From Fistulifera solaris (Eukaryota): a DNA stretch of 64,000 nucleotides. Of this stretch, positions 47,371 to 61,686 are shown in pieces (the stretch's first letter is position 1; every line of letters begins with the position of its first letter). The notes below the pieces were generated by a model that was not told the origin of the DNA, ran no database searches, and worked only from the letters and a program-made list of their open reading frames with translations. Location of the stretch: positions 2,232,001 through 2,296,000 of the forward strand of contig AP026162.1 in the NCBI GenBank assembly GCA_030295235.1, written 5' to 3'. A program made the position numbers and the translations under genes.

Positions 47371-50300
47371 TTACACCCCTGAGCTGCTGGCCCATTTCGT
47401 TCGATACTGCATAAGCTGCTCTGGAGGGAGCTTCGCAATAGCTGACATGCTTGAAACGCCACTCTGACCACTGTTCTCGAGCATGTGGGCACATCGCATC
47501 CAGCCTTCCCATTGCCTTGGGTCTTCGTATATCTTTCCATCTAAAAGACGTGGTAAGAGTTCATTGCAAATCCAAGAGTGAAGACTCTCATGCTGTGAAC
47601 AGACGAGAATACAGGTCCGCATGAAGGCAAGAGGCAGCTTTTCACCACGTGTCAAGAATGTTCCGCTAATGTGATCTAGAGCGGACATGACTACCGAGTC
47701 GTTGTAAATTTCTTCTTCTTCAAGGCACAATTTTATCGCTGAAAGATAACGGCGTTGCTTCTGCTGTTGCGGTAGGTCCAACGAAGAAAAATCAAGCTTG
47801 TGAAGTAAAACTAGTTGTTCACAAAGCGTCATTCCTCTTAGAGCAGGGTTCTCTTCATCTTGCTCTTCACGGAAAAGAAGTGCCTGGGCATTAAGGCGTT
47901 CCCCCATTTTGGCCAAAGCGGTCATGAAGACCTTATCATCTGCGGCCACAAAGTCAACAAATCTCGTTTCGAGATCTTTTCTCAGCATATATCCAACAAC
48001 GGGGATGACAAAACGAGGATCCTTCTCTCCGCCATCGGCTTTCTTCATTTCCTGAATTTCGTAGCAAACATCAATGACATCTTGATCGGGGTTGTTACGA
48101 TCAGACAGAGATGCGAGGTTTTCAAGGAATGTCAACAGCAATGGTATCTCATTGGGGCCCGTCATTTTAGCCACCTTCAAAGCGATACCAGTTTTGCCAT
48201 GCTTAGCGGCACTTGCTTTTGATAGCTTAAACATGTTTGCGCGAACAGCTTTTGAGAGAACGTCCGCCTTTTCCACAGAACTCAAAGAAAAGAGGTCTTC
48301 GATCATATCTGGAATGCGAAGGCAAATAGCCATAAACAGAAGAGCAGGTCCTCTCATCTGTTCTAAGACCTGCTTTTCTTCGCTGCTGAGTGCAATATAG
48401 GGATTTTTCTTTGCTGCAGCTAAGACTTTCGGCTCAGCTTCCTTGTTGGCCTTCTCTATCTGGTCAAAGCATTCGATCGCCTTATTCGACGCGTATCTCA
48501 ATTCGTCTTTCGCGGCGTTTGCTACAAAATCTGAAAGCGACTCATTCTTTGTAAAAGAACGTTGACAACCAGGCCTAAGCCATTTTCTTGTACCTTAGGA
48601 TTTGATGGCAACCTACCTGACGCGATCGCAGCAGCACAATTTACGGCCCACTTGCGAATTTCACCTGAAGTTTTTTGACAAGCGAGATCTCGCAGAATGA
48701 GCAAGCCGCATTTTGCGCGCTTTTCGGCAGCTTGCTTGGCGGCATGTGTTGCGGCAGCTACAGCAATCGCTTCCTGACTAGTCTGGCGTTGGGCTGAAAC
48801 AACCTTCTTCGTTATATCTTCTAGATCACATAAGCCAGCGAGAAGGGTCACCGATGTTTCCGTCACGCGAGGTAAAGACGTCATTACCACTTGAAGCTTG
48901 TGGCAGGCGTCAGCAGCGGCTTTCTTTCTACTTTCGTCCGTTGGTTTTTGGTTGGCAACTTCACCAGCATAAACAACAAGAGATACATACAGCGCTAAGG
49001 TGCAATCGTACTTCCACCACTTGCTTTCAGCCACTGCATCGTCACAACACTGCATGAATGCTTCACTCAACAAGGCTTGTCCGATCGATGTGGTTATACC
49101 ATTATAATCTGACGTCGGCATTACATCAGCAGCGAGAGATGAAGCAACAAGAGGATGAACTTCAATGAATTTCATCAAGGACAGCGCTGTTTCTTCCTTA
49201 AAGTATCTCCCCTGCATTTTGGAAATGCTTTCTTTTGCCATATTAAACTGCTCTTCCTGGATCGCACTCGGTTGGATATTTTTCAATACGAAAGACAGCC
49301 GAGACGTAAGCTGACCTGCCAAAGAATCTAAGGATTTAGATTCGAAATTAGTTACAGATGCCAGAATTCGACCGAGTGCATTAGAAGCCGCCAATTCGAT
49401 CTGATCGTGAACTATTTTGCGTCGCTTCTTTTCGCGCTCGTCTTCTTCTTGCTGGCCGCTGCTCTCAAAGTTCAGGCGCAGCAACCCGACGAAATTCTCT
49501 TTCAAATTGTATTTCTCGTCAGACTCAATATCAACGTTCCAGGCGGCGCTGCCATCCCTCTCATACCAGTGACCCTCCTCCTGTGTCAAAGAAGCCCCGT
49601 TAGTCATAATCGCATCCACAATATAATCCAGAGAAATAGGTATTTTTTCCAGACGCGCTCGTTGAGCGCTTCGGAGGTTCGCTTGGTAGATGATTTAGGT
49701 TCACCATGATAAGATCAATCGAGTCTGACATACTCGTGGGTAGCTGGATACCATGTCCTAAACCTCTCGCCGCTTTGGCAGCTCTCATCTTAGCCAAGGC
49801 GTCGTCTGTTTCTCGTTGTCGACGGCTTGAACGATCATTGTTTTCACTTGCGTCCCATTCATAATACATGTTGGCCCTATTACGCGCTGCACGACCGGCT
49901 GTTTTCAGGTCAGTTGCCTGTTTGGCCATGGAAAGTGCTTTATCGGCTTGAATTTCCATGTCGTACGTTTTCAGCGCACTGTGTAGGACATCTGATGCTT
50001 TCGTAGTGATGGATAGAGAGTTTCGCAACATCGCCAAACACGTAGATTTCAACTGCGAAGTGATCGCTATGACTGCGGATTTCGACAGCACCCCGGTCTC
50101 TGAATAAACTGGGGGCTGGACTGCCCTGCGAGATATACAGAACGAGACCTCCTTGAAAAAGGCCGGACGGTTCGCCGCCAAGGCTTGCATGGCATTGATA
50201 CTCAATGTGTACGACTTCTGCGATAGTTCAAATTCAAACTCCAAAGCGCTACGATCAAGTTTATAAGCCAGAGCGTTGCCAGTTTCTTCTTTTGGCAAGT

Positions 50301-51615
50301 TCGATTCAATTTCCAAGTATGCGAGTGCTGCTGGCTTCAGTATCGAAACAACCTGAGATGACGGAGACCCTCCTCCACCAGATGTCATGAGCATATCTGA
50401 AAGAATATTTGCATCAATCTTTATTTGTCCACCGAGAAACGTTAGGCCTCGTAAAGTTGTGAAAGCATATTCGGCGACAGATTCCAGTGCTTCACGCGTA
50501 ATGACAGGATGACCTGCCGGAAGTTCGTCGAGCGAAAAGTCCGAAGCAACCTACGACAAAGAACCAAAAGGTGAGACAGGCAATTGCCTTGAACATTCCC
50601 CAATAGGGCGTAGGTGACAACTTACGGTAGGTCCGCGGCGTTTTCCGACAGCATCTTGAGCTTTGAAAGAACAGCAAAGGATAACAATTTCCAAAAATTT
50701 GATACAAGCACTGCGAATGGCTTCACCCGAATTACCCAAAAACAGCTTCTTAAATACCCCTTCTACCATTCGCATAACCGGTCCGTAAAGACGATTGGCT
50801 CCACGATCATCTGTATCTTTGATGCGTTGCGCAATGTGTCGCAAGCTAGGTCGGAGCGAAGCACATGCCGCCAGTACTCCACGCGAGGCAACCGCACCTT
50901 CGCCTTCATCGGATGTTAGCACTCCTGGTTCAGTGCATGCAATAGATGCTTGAACCCAATAACGTAAAATCTCTGCTTCGCGAGCTGTTCGCTTCGCCAG
51001 TCGCTTCTGCAGTAACGGTTTGAGCGCTGGGTTCGCAGCCGATGATGAGTGCGACCCTCCCGCACCGTATGGACCAGCTTGAGGCCCGGATGTTGTCGCA
51101 TCCAACCAGCTACCTGCCTTATGACATTCTTTCCAGAAATTGTGAAAGAACTCGAGACTAGCCCCCAGCTTGGCCGGGTTTCGTTCCGACTGGGCCATTT
51201 CCAAAACGACTGGCAACACTAGATCGGATACAACTCTATCGTAAACATCTTCAACACTTGCTTCAATGCCTTCTGTTCCTTCACCTCGATAATAAGTACG
51301 CGCAATAGAGGGTCCAGTGTGAGCCGCAACTTCCAATACAGGACGTAACATCGTCGCCAGTTCTTCGTGAATGTTGGGCGCTCCCGGAGCCGACGAAGTC
51401 CTGACACCCGGATGAATCCGCACGTCGTCTAGCGCCGAAACAATGCGACCCTCGAGATCATCAATCGCTAGTAACAGAGGATCTTCTATTTCCATCTCCT
51501 GTTCCTGGAGTTCCGGCTGGGCATTATCATCGTCCGAGAGATTGTCGTCTTGTAGACCCGCCAGTGTGTCGTCTAACGATTCGCGCATCATGTTTCCGCC
51601 ACTTCGCATCGCCAT
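47371..51615 (-). CDS. SYMPK: Symplekin/Pta1 (3'-end processing scaffold); intron 50625-50551, several frameshifts
   Basis: 'IKFLEIVIL', 'DFSLDELPAGHPVI', and C-terminal 'EQLVLLH...PLAFMRT...LPRLLDGKIY...WEGWMRC...LPPEQL'. Confidence 0.85.
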
Positions 51616-52012
51616 GGTGTCTCCTTTTTCTCAGTCAAACTTAATAAAGCAACTGATTCGAGCTTTGTATTATTTGTCGGTAGAATGAAGGATAGCAATC
51701 AAAGAAATGTGCCGCAGGTTACAATTTTGTTGCTTGTTGTTTGTTGTTGTCTTTTATCCTTCATCTTTTTTTTTGCCTGAGACCGCTGGACGAAGGACGG
51801 ACGAGAAGGCGGATCATTGCGATATCGTGTCGTCGTCATACGCGTGACTAAATCACTCCTGAATGAGCTGAGGATAAAAGAGTTTTCAAGAAACAAACGT
51901 TAATTACGATCAGCGCTACCTGGCAAATGTATAATGCAAAGCACAATTTTTCGAATCGCAAAGAGGACATTATATTCCTACTGTTTATCGAAAAATGACG
52001 GATTGCAACGAA

Positions 52013-53463
52013 TCACGGTGCATTCATTGTCCTTCGCGAATCGAATCGAAAGCCGCCTACACAAAGCTGTAGTGACCTTTGCATTTGCTCGATATCTTCA
52101 CCTAGTTCCTCATCTACTTCGTGAGCTCTAGGTATGGCGGTTCGTGCTCCGGGTCCACCGAGCTTTCGCCCAGCTACCCACGATGCGAAAGAAAGCGCCA
52201 AGCGAGGTTTGTGTTTCAATTCCGAATGCAATTTGGCCAAGAGAAAGGCACCGAAGAATGCGTCCCCAGCGCCAGTTGTATCCACAATCTCCGCATTTGA
52301 AAGGATACCTGCCGTTTCCAAATGGTATCTGGCAGTACAAAGCACATCTTCTTTCTCGTCATTGACATCGGAAAAGACTTGTTTGACGGAAGCACGCATT
52401 ACACCGTTGTCAAACACCGAAACCGAAACCGAAACCTCATTCACGGGCATGATTTGTTTGTTCTCTTCTTTGATTTGAATCGAATCGCAGCGGATTAAAG
52501 CTGACCCCTGACTTCCTCTCGTGATGACAATCTCCTTCCCGATTTGGTTGTACCACCGAGTAAAGAACGCACTCGGGCGAATGAGATGAGCGAGTAACTT
52601 TGCATCCGCTTCCTCTATTTTATCATCATGACATACAGATGTTGGCATGAGCGGACTTCTCTCTCGCGAGTCTTCCATTTCTCGAGTAAGCTTGGTCAAA
52701 TAATCCTCGAGTTGATCGGCATTTGTCAGTACAATCGATGCTACATCGAGTAGTGCATCCAGTGCCTTGCTATTCCGATCCTTCTCGACATCCAAAGAGA
52801 CGGGTATACCTCGTTTTTGGGCTTCGCGCGCCAGCTCCAGAGCTACATCCGTATGGCGAGCGTCTGTGTGAAGCAAAACAACATTTTGGAATAGTTCATC
52901 CCTATCCACTTGTTGCAATTCGTCCAACGTCAACTCCCCACAGGTCCCCGGAGTATGAATGCAAGTTCTCGTGTGTTCATCCTCACTGACGACTATCGTC
53001 GTGAATGCCGTCGTCGATCCTTCGATCCCCACTCGAAACAAGGGAGAAGAAAGGTCGACACCTTCGGCCTCTAAATCGGCCATAATTTGTCGACCCACAT
53101 AGTCATCGCCGACCTTGGTACACAATTGGATGCGATAGAATGACTCTCGAAAAATGGCAGCGCGTGACAATCGCGCCATGGCGGTCGCGGTATTGGCCGC
53201 ATTGCCTCCACCGACTTCGTGGTAGACCGTCGTCCGTACTTTGGCGTCCGGGGTGGGATAGTGGGAGACGCTCAACAAACGATCCATCCCACAGGCTCCG
53301 ATCACGAGAATGACTTTTCATGGCTCATGAGGGACCGAGAGTGGTATCGGCGGGTTGTCGGTGGTACGAAATACTGTTGATTGATGTGCCGAACCCCAGG
53401 AAAGGCGTACGAGGGTTGACAAACGAATATCCAGCTCAATAACGTCTTCCAATAATGGATCAT
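52013..53463 (-). CDS. PfkB-family carbohydrate kinase, likely plastid-targeted
   Basis: 'GGGNAANTA', 'VGDDYVG' and 'VDTTGAGDAF'. An upstream frame gives the signal 'MIHYW...SYAFP', joined by a frameshift near 53317. Confidence 0.88.
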
Positions 53464-53963
53464 GAAGGTTGATCATGAAGCTATTAGCCGTAGGAAGTGC
53501 TTTGAAGCTATTGCGTTGACTGAATAACTATATTATGCTGGTAGCTGACACTTTGTGTGATGTATTCAAAAGTTGCATCTGTCTCTTGTAAATAAAGAGT
53601 AAAGTCCAGATGATGCCTTTTCTTTGACGGTGATAAAAGACAGTTTTAAGCTAAAACAAAGCGCAATAACTCATTGCTGAATTACAAAGTGAATGAAAGA
53701 CCCGTCAAGCTTCGAGGCGATGAACATGCACCGAAAAAAAAACGAACAATACGCGGAGGCGACAAAAGACGAAAACGAGTAGAAGCAGTACGACACGCTA
53801 CGACAGCAAACGCCTGACAACAAGATCACGTTACAAAAAAGCTGCAACAATGCCGTAGATGATATTAGCTGTTATATTTTCGGCTAATCATTCTTTAAAA
53901 AGTTCTAGTATTTACGAGATTCGTCTTACGCTTCCCATAGCACGACGAATCGAATTCAGGCTC

Positions 53964-54188
53964 CTACTTCTTGGCAGCCGCCTTTTGTTTCGCTGCTTGT
54001 TGTGCCAAGTGATGAGCTCGAGCAGCCTCGTACGCAGCAGCGGCAAAGCCACCCACCATGGGTCGGTGATTGCCGGAAGCCGCGGGGGCCGGTTCGGGCT
54101 GCGGGGTTTCATCGTCTTCCTCCGAGTCGTAGTCAAAACCTAGGCCGCCAGCCATGGGTTGCATAACACTCGATTGGCGACGCGACAT
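53964..54188 (-). CDS. Small (74 aa) low-complexity hypothetical protein
   Basis: ATG in an A-rich context and a compact ORF containing the ordered motif 'HRPMVGGFAAAAYEAARAHH'. Confidence 0.6.
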   Translation of the reverse strand: MSRRQSSVMQPMAGGLGFDYDSEEDDETPQPEPAPAASGNHRPMVGGFAAAAYEAARAHHLAQQAAKQKAAAKK

Positions 54189-55204
54189 TGTATTCTTTTG
54201 GAATGTAAATGAAATAGATGACAGGAGATAGAGATAATACGAAAAGCTGTCGTTCGGTAAGCGCAGCAAAGTTGTGTTCGATTTTTATGAATGTTGTCAC
54301 GATGACCTCTCCGCCGTCGACGGGGGCGGAATTTCGGACGGAAGAAGCGACCACGCGCCGGGACGGCAATGACCCTGGCGACGCCGGATGAACACTTTCG
54401 AAGATACAAAAGCCCTTCGGAAGTCTCCGAAACGTAAAGGGCCTTTTCGAGTCATTACTAAGTCCTGGAAATGTACAGTCCAGTACCGCCTTCCGCGCAT
54501 TTTTGGCGTTTTACGTCATTGGACTCCTGAGTCACGAGTCTTTCCGTGTCCGGAGTACTTCAAGTTATATAGTAAATGCAATACGTCATGTTCTTGGAAC
54601 TTGAAACACGACTACAATTAGCGCCCTATAGTACGTGTTGTCCTAACATGAAAAATCTATGTATGGCCTCGCTTTTTCGACCTAGAGTTTAGGAGTTTAG
54701 GCGACGTCGTGCCAAATTTTGAGCTAGATTGAATTCTGAAAACGTAGACTAGTCACAAGGCTCAAGGGTACGATCGCCCTCTCTCTAGAGCCAAAGTTTT
54801 TCAACATGATGACATAGTAATAAGAGTTTAAAAAGGATCGACTTGCAACTACAATGTCTCTATCACTAGTCTAGTTCTCTTACTAGTTACGAGGCGACAT
54901 GGCCAAAGTTCGTCTGTGTATAAACAAGCGCCCAAGTAAAAAGTTCATAGAAAGATTAAATCGGCTTGGAGATATCTCAGCATTACTTGGGGGCGTAGGC
55001 ATTCTTTGCTGCGATTCCAAGGGATTTATGCGCAAACCTAGATCATGTTGCAGCATGCTTCATCGAACCTCAGCTTCTGCTATTTAAGGTGGCAAATATC
55101 CGCACAAGGTGCTTATGAGCTCGGTTGAGAAGACCTTGCTTTAGGTGCCCTTTTATGAAGCGCTGATTTATAACAGTCGCCGGTTGCGCTGGGAGAACGC
55201 AGAA

Positions 55205-56599
55205 TCATACCCAGCCCTCATAAGGAACCAAATCAAAGTTTGGTTCGACGATACCGTTGCGGTGCAATCCGTCGATCATGCCTTTTTGACCGACCGCTCG
55301 CCAATCACTGACCTGTTTCCCCACAACGACAAAGACTCGAAGAGCGACAGCTGCAAGAATGTCGTTCGCATTCTGGTCAAATTGCGGATTCGACAGGTCC
55401 GTATTGTCAAACAGATTAACCCGCTTTGGAAATGTTTTTGTTCGAAATATATCTTTGAGTACATCATTGCATGGGTGATCCGTCGATCGCGGAAGAACAA
55501 ACGGAGGATAGCAGTTCTTTGTCGTCATTGGAGGCTCATTGAAGGTCAACAACCGGATAGGAAAGGTGGGATCATCTATCACTTTGAGCAGGTGCCCTAC
55601 AAACGTGGTTAGCTGACTTTGAAACTCGGCTTGAGATAAGGGACGCTGTGGCTCTTCCAAGCTGAGAAGAATGTGCTTGCACTTTCTCAATTTTTGTTTC
55701 GTTTCAAGCTCCCAATCCACATCTGGATGAACAAAGTCCGTAACATTGTAGTAGTGAAATTTGAAAGGCCTTTGACCTGCCGAAATTTGCGGTCGTAACT
55801 GCAGAAACGTTTCCCATAGTTTAAAAGCACTGTAACTTCCCATGAAACACAATAACTCGTAGTTCCCAAGCTCGTGAAACTTATAAAACCCATTCGGATC
55901 GGTAGTTGCATCATCCACTAAAACGATAGAGTCTGCCGCTTCGAGCATCGTGTAAGCCGATAAATCTTCTTGCTTCGGTAACTTCCAAACATAATCGGGA
56001 AGATTCTTGTCCGGAAAAGTACTCGACAGTGTCGACACCCACGCTTTATTCAAAAACAGCGAGTTCGCCTCACCTGATTTACTCAGTGAATTCTTTTCCA
56101 CGTCTACTAGCATATCGATCGATTGAGATAGTGGACGCCATTCCGTGCGATCCCTTTCGCAACCATACCAGCGCGCATCGACTTTGTACGGTCCGGACAT
56201 GGGAATATCAAAACTACCCCTCCACAGCCTGTCACTTTCCTGCTTTAGCTCAATATTTACCAAACAATTCCCCACGAGTCGAACCCAGAACCTAGGATAC
56301 TGACACGCCGTGTCGGCAATCTGCAAGAGCGCCTCATGTGGACCGGCGCTGTACGCATTGCCGGTGGTAGTATGCAACTTGAGTATCAATTGAACGCCAC
56401 GGGATATTTCCAAAGTCTCGTATTGATATCCCTCTTCCTTTATTAGCTCGGTTTCCTCGACGTAATTGAATCGCAGAAGAAAGATGACGGTCGCGTGAAG
56501 GAAAATCAAGCCTATTACGATGCATTGATAAGGAATGCGGGCAAAGAAGTACCGATAGACTGTCCTCATACTGTTGTTTCTCTTAGAGGGTGTGTGCAT
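55205..56599 (-). CDS. Type II membrane protein, possibly with a degenerate SGNH/PC-esterase-like domain
   Basis: 464-aa ORF with an N-terminal TM helix, an Ig-like 'GSFDIPMSGPYKV' segment, and 'LCFMGSYSA' at a GDS-like position. Confidence 0.55.
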   Translation of the reverse strand: MHTPSKRNNSMRTVYRYFFARIPYQCIVIGLIFLHATVIFLLRFNYVEETELIKEEGYQYETLEISRGVQLILKLHTTTGNAYSAGPHEALLQIADTACQYPRFWVRLVGNCLVNIELKQESDRLWRGSFDIPMSGPYKVDARWYGCERDRTEWRPLSQSIDMLVDVEKNSLSKSGEANSLFLNKAWVSTLSSTFPDKNLPDYVWKLPKQEDLSAYTMLEAADSIVLVDDATTDPNGFYKFHELGNYELLCFMGSYSAFKLWETFLQLRPQISAGQRPFKFHYYNVTDFVHPDVDWELETKQKLRKCKHILLSLEEPQRPLSQAEFQSQLTTFVGHLLKVIDDPTFPIRLLTFNEPPMTTKNCYPPFVLPRSTDHPCNDVLKDIFRTKTFPKRVNLFDNTDLSNPQFDQNANDILAAVALRVFVVVGKQVSDWRAVGQKGMIDGLHRNGIVEPNFDLVPYEGWV

Positions 56600-56956
56600 G
56601 GACGGCGATACTCATTTATTAAGGTCGAGTGGATCGATGGTAATCGATTGTCATTGTCAGACGACAAAGCGCATTTCCTTCGTTTTTTTATTTTTGTGGT
56701 TGGAGTAAAATTTCTCATGGTCATCGAAATTTTGCATTTATGCCACTGGTAAATTTCCGTGTACTACTATCACCACAGAAACAAGCCCAGCGCTGTAGCT
56801 AGAGGTATTTGAAAGAAACAAAAACTACTACTTATCAATCAAGTTAGTCTAGATGAATGACGAAACCCCGTGATCTATTATTCTTTACAGTTATCAGATC
56901 TTCCATATATGAAGTCTATGAAAGATTTGACCCTTGCCAAAAGAGTCAAACTCGTT

Positions 56957-59900
56957 TCATGGGAACAGAGAATCGTTCCCGAAAAGTGCGTTCTTGCGTT
57001 CCGCCAAAGACATTGACGGAACGGGCGGTTGCTTGTTCATTTTCGTTAGCCCCGTAACAAAAAATGATCCGTTCACCGACGGATCAAAGCGAGATGCGGC
57101 GTGAGTTGGTACAATTGATTGATATATGTCGCCGAGTGAAATAGCCGCGGATAAAGCAGCATCTGCTTCATCCTCCCGCGCCGCAACTGCCGGGTCTGTG
57201 CTCTCCAAAATCCCTCCGGCGTGCGGGCTTTGTAGATTGACTTTGTCTAGTACAGCTTTTCGACGGAGTATAGCCGCGAGATAAATGTGCGAATAGTCGC
57301 ATATTTCCTGGATAACAAGCTCAGTGGCCCTCTCCAGTATTCTTCTGGTAGGATCTACCGCCCACTTGCGACAGTAGAACCAGAGTGAGCCATAGTTTGG
57401 ATCGGCATTCAAAAACGCCTGTCGGAGATCGCTCAGATCCAGGGAACCTGTGATTGCTTCGGGGACAAGGAGCTTCCTTACAGACGACATCAAATCCCCG
57501 TACTTTCCCGTTTCAATTGAATTATCCGTACTAATGTGCGAGATTGCAACAGTAATTTCGCCAATATACTTAGATATCGCATCATCTTCTGGGTCCTTGG
57601 ATCTTGCAAGCTCTAAATCTGCTTTCGTTTCTTTCCAAATAATATCTGCAACGCTGACCAAGCATTGCTGTAGGACTTCGAGCTTTGCGCCCTCCACAAA
57701 GCTGTCGCCGTATTGCGGTGTGAATTTGGTCGCAAAAAGAGGTGTCTTCGTGCTCGATCAATGTCGAACGTTGTAGAGAAGGGATTTAAATGTACCCTTG
57801 CGCCTTCGCACCAGACCTCGCCACTTTTTGGCACGGCTTGTAAAGCATGTTTAAGTGCATGTCTCTGCTGTAAGTCGCCTCCATCATACTGTCGAAGTTG
57901 AATCAAAGATGCCCATAACCGCCCAGTTCCACTGTGCATTTCCAAAGCGCTCAAACAGAGCTGTATAGCGCGCGAGAATTGGGCGTTACGTATCTCGAGT
58001 AGCACACTCTCAAGCCAAACCTTCCAGTCATGTGCATATTCGCATCGCCCCTTGCAAAGTATGGCTCGTGCCAACTCTGTATCTCCGAGAAACTCTTCCA
58101 GTCGAGCACATTCCAGAAGAGTTGAAGATCTTCCTTTCTCTGGTACAGAATTGTGAGCTTTGAGAAATAATTTCCGCGCCCTGTCGTTTTGTCCAAACCC
58201 TAATTCGCTCCTGGCAGCTGCAAGCCAAACACGCCATCGCAAATTACTTGGACATGTGAGGATGGTGAGAGAAAGTCTTCGTCTTGCAGGATTTAACATG
58301 TCATTGAATTGCGGATCATCCACTGATGTGCGCTGCAGCAAAGCGCGCTCAAACATCTGGGCCGCTTCTAGATGCACTTTCCAGACAAGTTCCTTACTAA
58401 TGCTCTCGATTGCCCGCTCGACCATTTCACACGCTGTTGGAAGTTCAAGTGCGTTGTTTGTGTAATCGATTTCTTCGCACATGCGCAAGGCGCCAAACCA
58501 CAAAGGTCCGTATCGAGGAATAGCAATGAGTCCCTTTTCGACAACTTTAAGGGCTTCTTGAATTTGACCTTGGTCTCGCTCAAGGCGATATGCCTCAAGA
58601 TATAATGGCCCGTACCACGGAACGTGATGCATCAAATACTTGAGTACGCGCCGAGCAGTTGTGGCATTGCCAGCTCGGGCTTCAATAAGAGCACCCTCGA
58701 GCACTGTCTTCCACGCTTTGTGTATGTCGACGTGTTTCAGTCTAGCCAGAAGCACACGAGCCGTGTCTAAATTACCCAACTTTTCTTGAAGCTTCAATGC
58801 GCGAGTCATTAATGCCTCGTTGTGTTCACAATATTCCAGCCCAGCATGCAGTATATTCATCACGCGGTTCATATTTCCAGATTCTTCTTCAAGTTTGCTG
58901 TATTCAAGCCACCCTTGAAACGCATAGGGTTGTAGCTGACATACTTGTTGATAAAGACGACGTGCTTCCGCAAATCTGTTAAAGCGTTTGGCGAGATCAG
59001 CCAACTCGAGGTAGACCCGCCAATGTATTGTTTCAGGAACAGAGACCGATTCTATCGCGCGCAAAGCGAATTCCTCGGCTTTTGCAAAGGACAGCTTTTC
59101 TTCGCTTTTGAAGGCTCGATAAAATTCTTTGAAGGCAGTGCGAGCTGCAGGGCTTTCGACCAACTCTGCTTGCCTATAGTCAGCTTGATCCTCAGACAAC
59201 GATGCTCGACCTCTCTCGCCTGCCTGGATTGAGGTCTTCGATGGATCTCTGCCCTTCCTTGGCGTGGGAGTTTTCTTAGCTGCAGTTGCTGCTTCCGCTT
59301 TCTCTCTACTCTGCTGGGGTAAAAGCTTTTTCTTTCCTCTTTTCCCCCGGGTTCCATCATTCTTTTGTGGTGCGCGTCCCTTGGATACGCATCGAAACTT
59401 GTTGCGGAAGACAGACTAAATGTTGGTGTAGGCGTCATGGCGGCCCTTGAATATTGGTCGTACGAACCACCAGACATTGCGGAATGCCAACCACCATAGT
59501 GAGGAGACGGTGTCATCGCGGCTCGCGAATTAAGAGAAGCTTGATGCTGAGGATAGCCGTACATGTAATTTGGCGCTACACGCATCGTCGAAGTATTTGT
59601 CCAGCTGCTCTGATCTGAGCTGGGATCATGTGGAGGAGGCGACCACGCTTGAGTCGGAATATGGTAGCTTCGAGTAGTGGAAGGCACAAATTCGCGGGCG
59701 GTGGCTTGCATTTCCGACCCAGGCCGTGTATGTGGAGCTGTTGCCGGTACGAAGTATGCGGGCGTCGGAGAAAAGCTCTGACTTCTTTGAACAGCTGCGC
59801 CGAAATTACTTTCATGCGATGCATTGCCGAATGATGGAGCTTGATAGTTCATCTGCTGGGGGGCTACGAATTGAGAATTGGCCGTTGCAAATGTAAAGGG

Positions 59901-61160
59901 AGAATGAGTGCCGTGATGCACCTCTGTCGCCGACGACGATATCGGTTTCATGAAGCTCCCACTATTTGACGTGGGAACGAAGGCTCCTCCAAAATTGATT
60001 AGCTGCGGAGACGCAACATCATCGGTGCGAGGATTGCCAAATTCAAAACTTTCATTTACATTTCGCCTTGGCTTTGGTTGCTGTGCATGCTGCAAATTAT
60101 TCCGTTGTAAGCCAGCGGGGCGTCGCCGTCCCTTTCCCTCTCTGTGACTCGCATAGTTACGAGGAACAGCAGGCTTAGTCAGCTGTTCACCACCAAAGAA
60201 AACATACGACCCAGTCCAGTCATCGCCACTCGCAGTAGCCTGTGAGTCTCCGCGAAATGTTTTTGATAGCTCCAGTGCGCAGTCATCATCATCGTCCTCC
60301 TGTAACAAGTTTCCTAGATCCTCACGTAGCCGTAGGGTTGTTGGAGATAAAGCTGTGTTTCGACTCACTCCGGTACTACCAGCAGATTCATGTCCGACAG
60401 GATTCGACCAAGAGGCGGAAGAAAACTTCCCGCTCGCTTCAGTCTGCGTTGTACTATCACCACCAATCCGGACGAACGGAGTAGTCGCTGACGCACCAGG
60501 CGTCGGTGCCGGAGCAGGGAAAGTAGGCACTTTTCTACTTGATTCGGCCGACTCTTGCCATAAAGGATCATTTTTGTTGGTTGAGTCGTTTGTTATTGGG
60601 CGTTCCGTAGAATGTAAAGCAGGCGCGCCCAAAGTCAGTCCAAAGCCTAGAAACTTTGTTTCCTCCCCGCGTTGCACCACTGGGACCGTTGGCTTTGCAG
60701 ATACATCCCCTTGCAAGCCGCGTAAGTTATCTGGCGAAGTCTCGTACGCTGATTTGTACATACTTGCCCCAGGCGTTCTCCGCAGAGCCGCCGAAGAATC
60801 GTCTTCTTCTGAAAAGAGATGGTGCGGAGTATGCGCCCTCGTTGATATATCTTCCATCTCATCCTCCTCGTCAATAAGTGTAGGCGTTGTTGCATCAAAT
60901 TGTTTGCGACGGTCTCGAAGACTCGTTCGCGAAGAGGGACGACTTGATCTCCCCCCAAAAGTCGGCTCTTCGCTGTCGAAACTATGTGACTCCCATGATC
61001 CCTTTCGTAATGACACAAATCTCTCTTCCGCGAAACTATCACTTTGCGGTGACTCAGCTGATTGATTTATGCTTTCGGTAGCTTTTTCGCTTTCACCTTC
61101 AGCCGGTGCCGCCCGCCTCGCCGAGTCCGCCGTGTCAGTATCCCCCGGCGCCTCGCTCAT
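56957..61160 (-). CDS. Large HAT/TPR repeat protein with disordered N-terminus (PRP6-like repeats); frameshifts near 59300 and 57735
   Basis: Repeats 'WLEYSKLEEE', 'PRYGPLW', 'VPKSGEVWCEGAR' and 'ADPNYGSLWFYC'. Confidence 0.75.
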
Positions 61161-61686
61161 TCCCCCCTCAAGTTCCTCAGCTCACACAAGTTACGGATTA
61201 CGTAACTATTAGCTCAGCTGATATATTTCTTTTGTGAACAACTCAATAGCGAAAAGACGTGATGAATGCCCCACAGTTATGTTGATATTGATTTATTTGA
61301 ATGTCAATCTCCAAATTTGCCCTCATGTCGGTTAGAAACGCTGGCGCGCTCCTCGGACGAGCGTCTCGCGTGTTTTCGCAGGCCTTTTTCCTTTTTCTGC
61401 ACCCGAGAAATAAATACCGGTACCGGATCGGGTCCGTATGTCGCTTCGAAATTTGATGCGGTACTCAAAATACGTAGAACCTACAATACTGTGTATACAA
61501 AAGAAGTATCATATCGTAGCGGTACCTACTACAAAGCAGAAGCAGTAACTATAAGTTTTTTCATGACAATAATAAAATCGTACGATGCAAGACGGTCGTT
61601 CGCGGCAACCAAGGAAAATCTGCAGAGCAAAACTCGTTTTGTTCCATTATCCATTATCATCATTCTCATCTTGAACTACATACACC

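Noticed and set aside
54925..54997. Inverted repeat CGCCCAAGTAA / TTACTTGGGGGCG in intergenic DNA
   Set aside because: Single imperfect stem with no boxes, terminator or TSD to support a feature.
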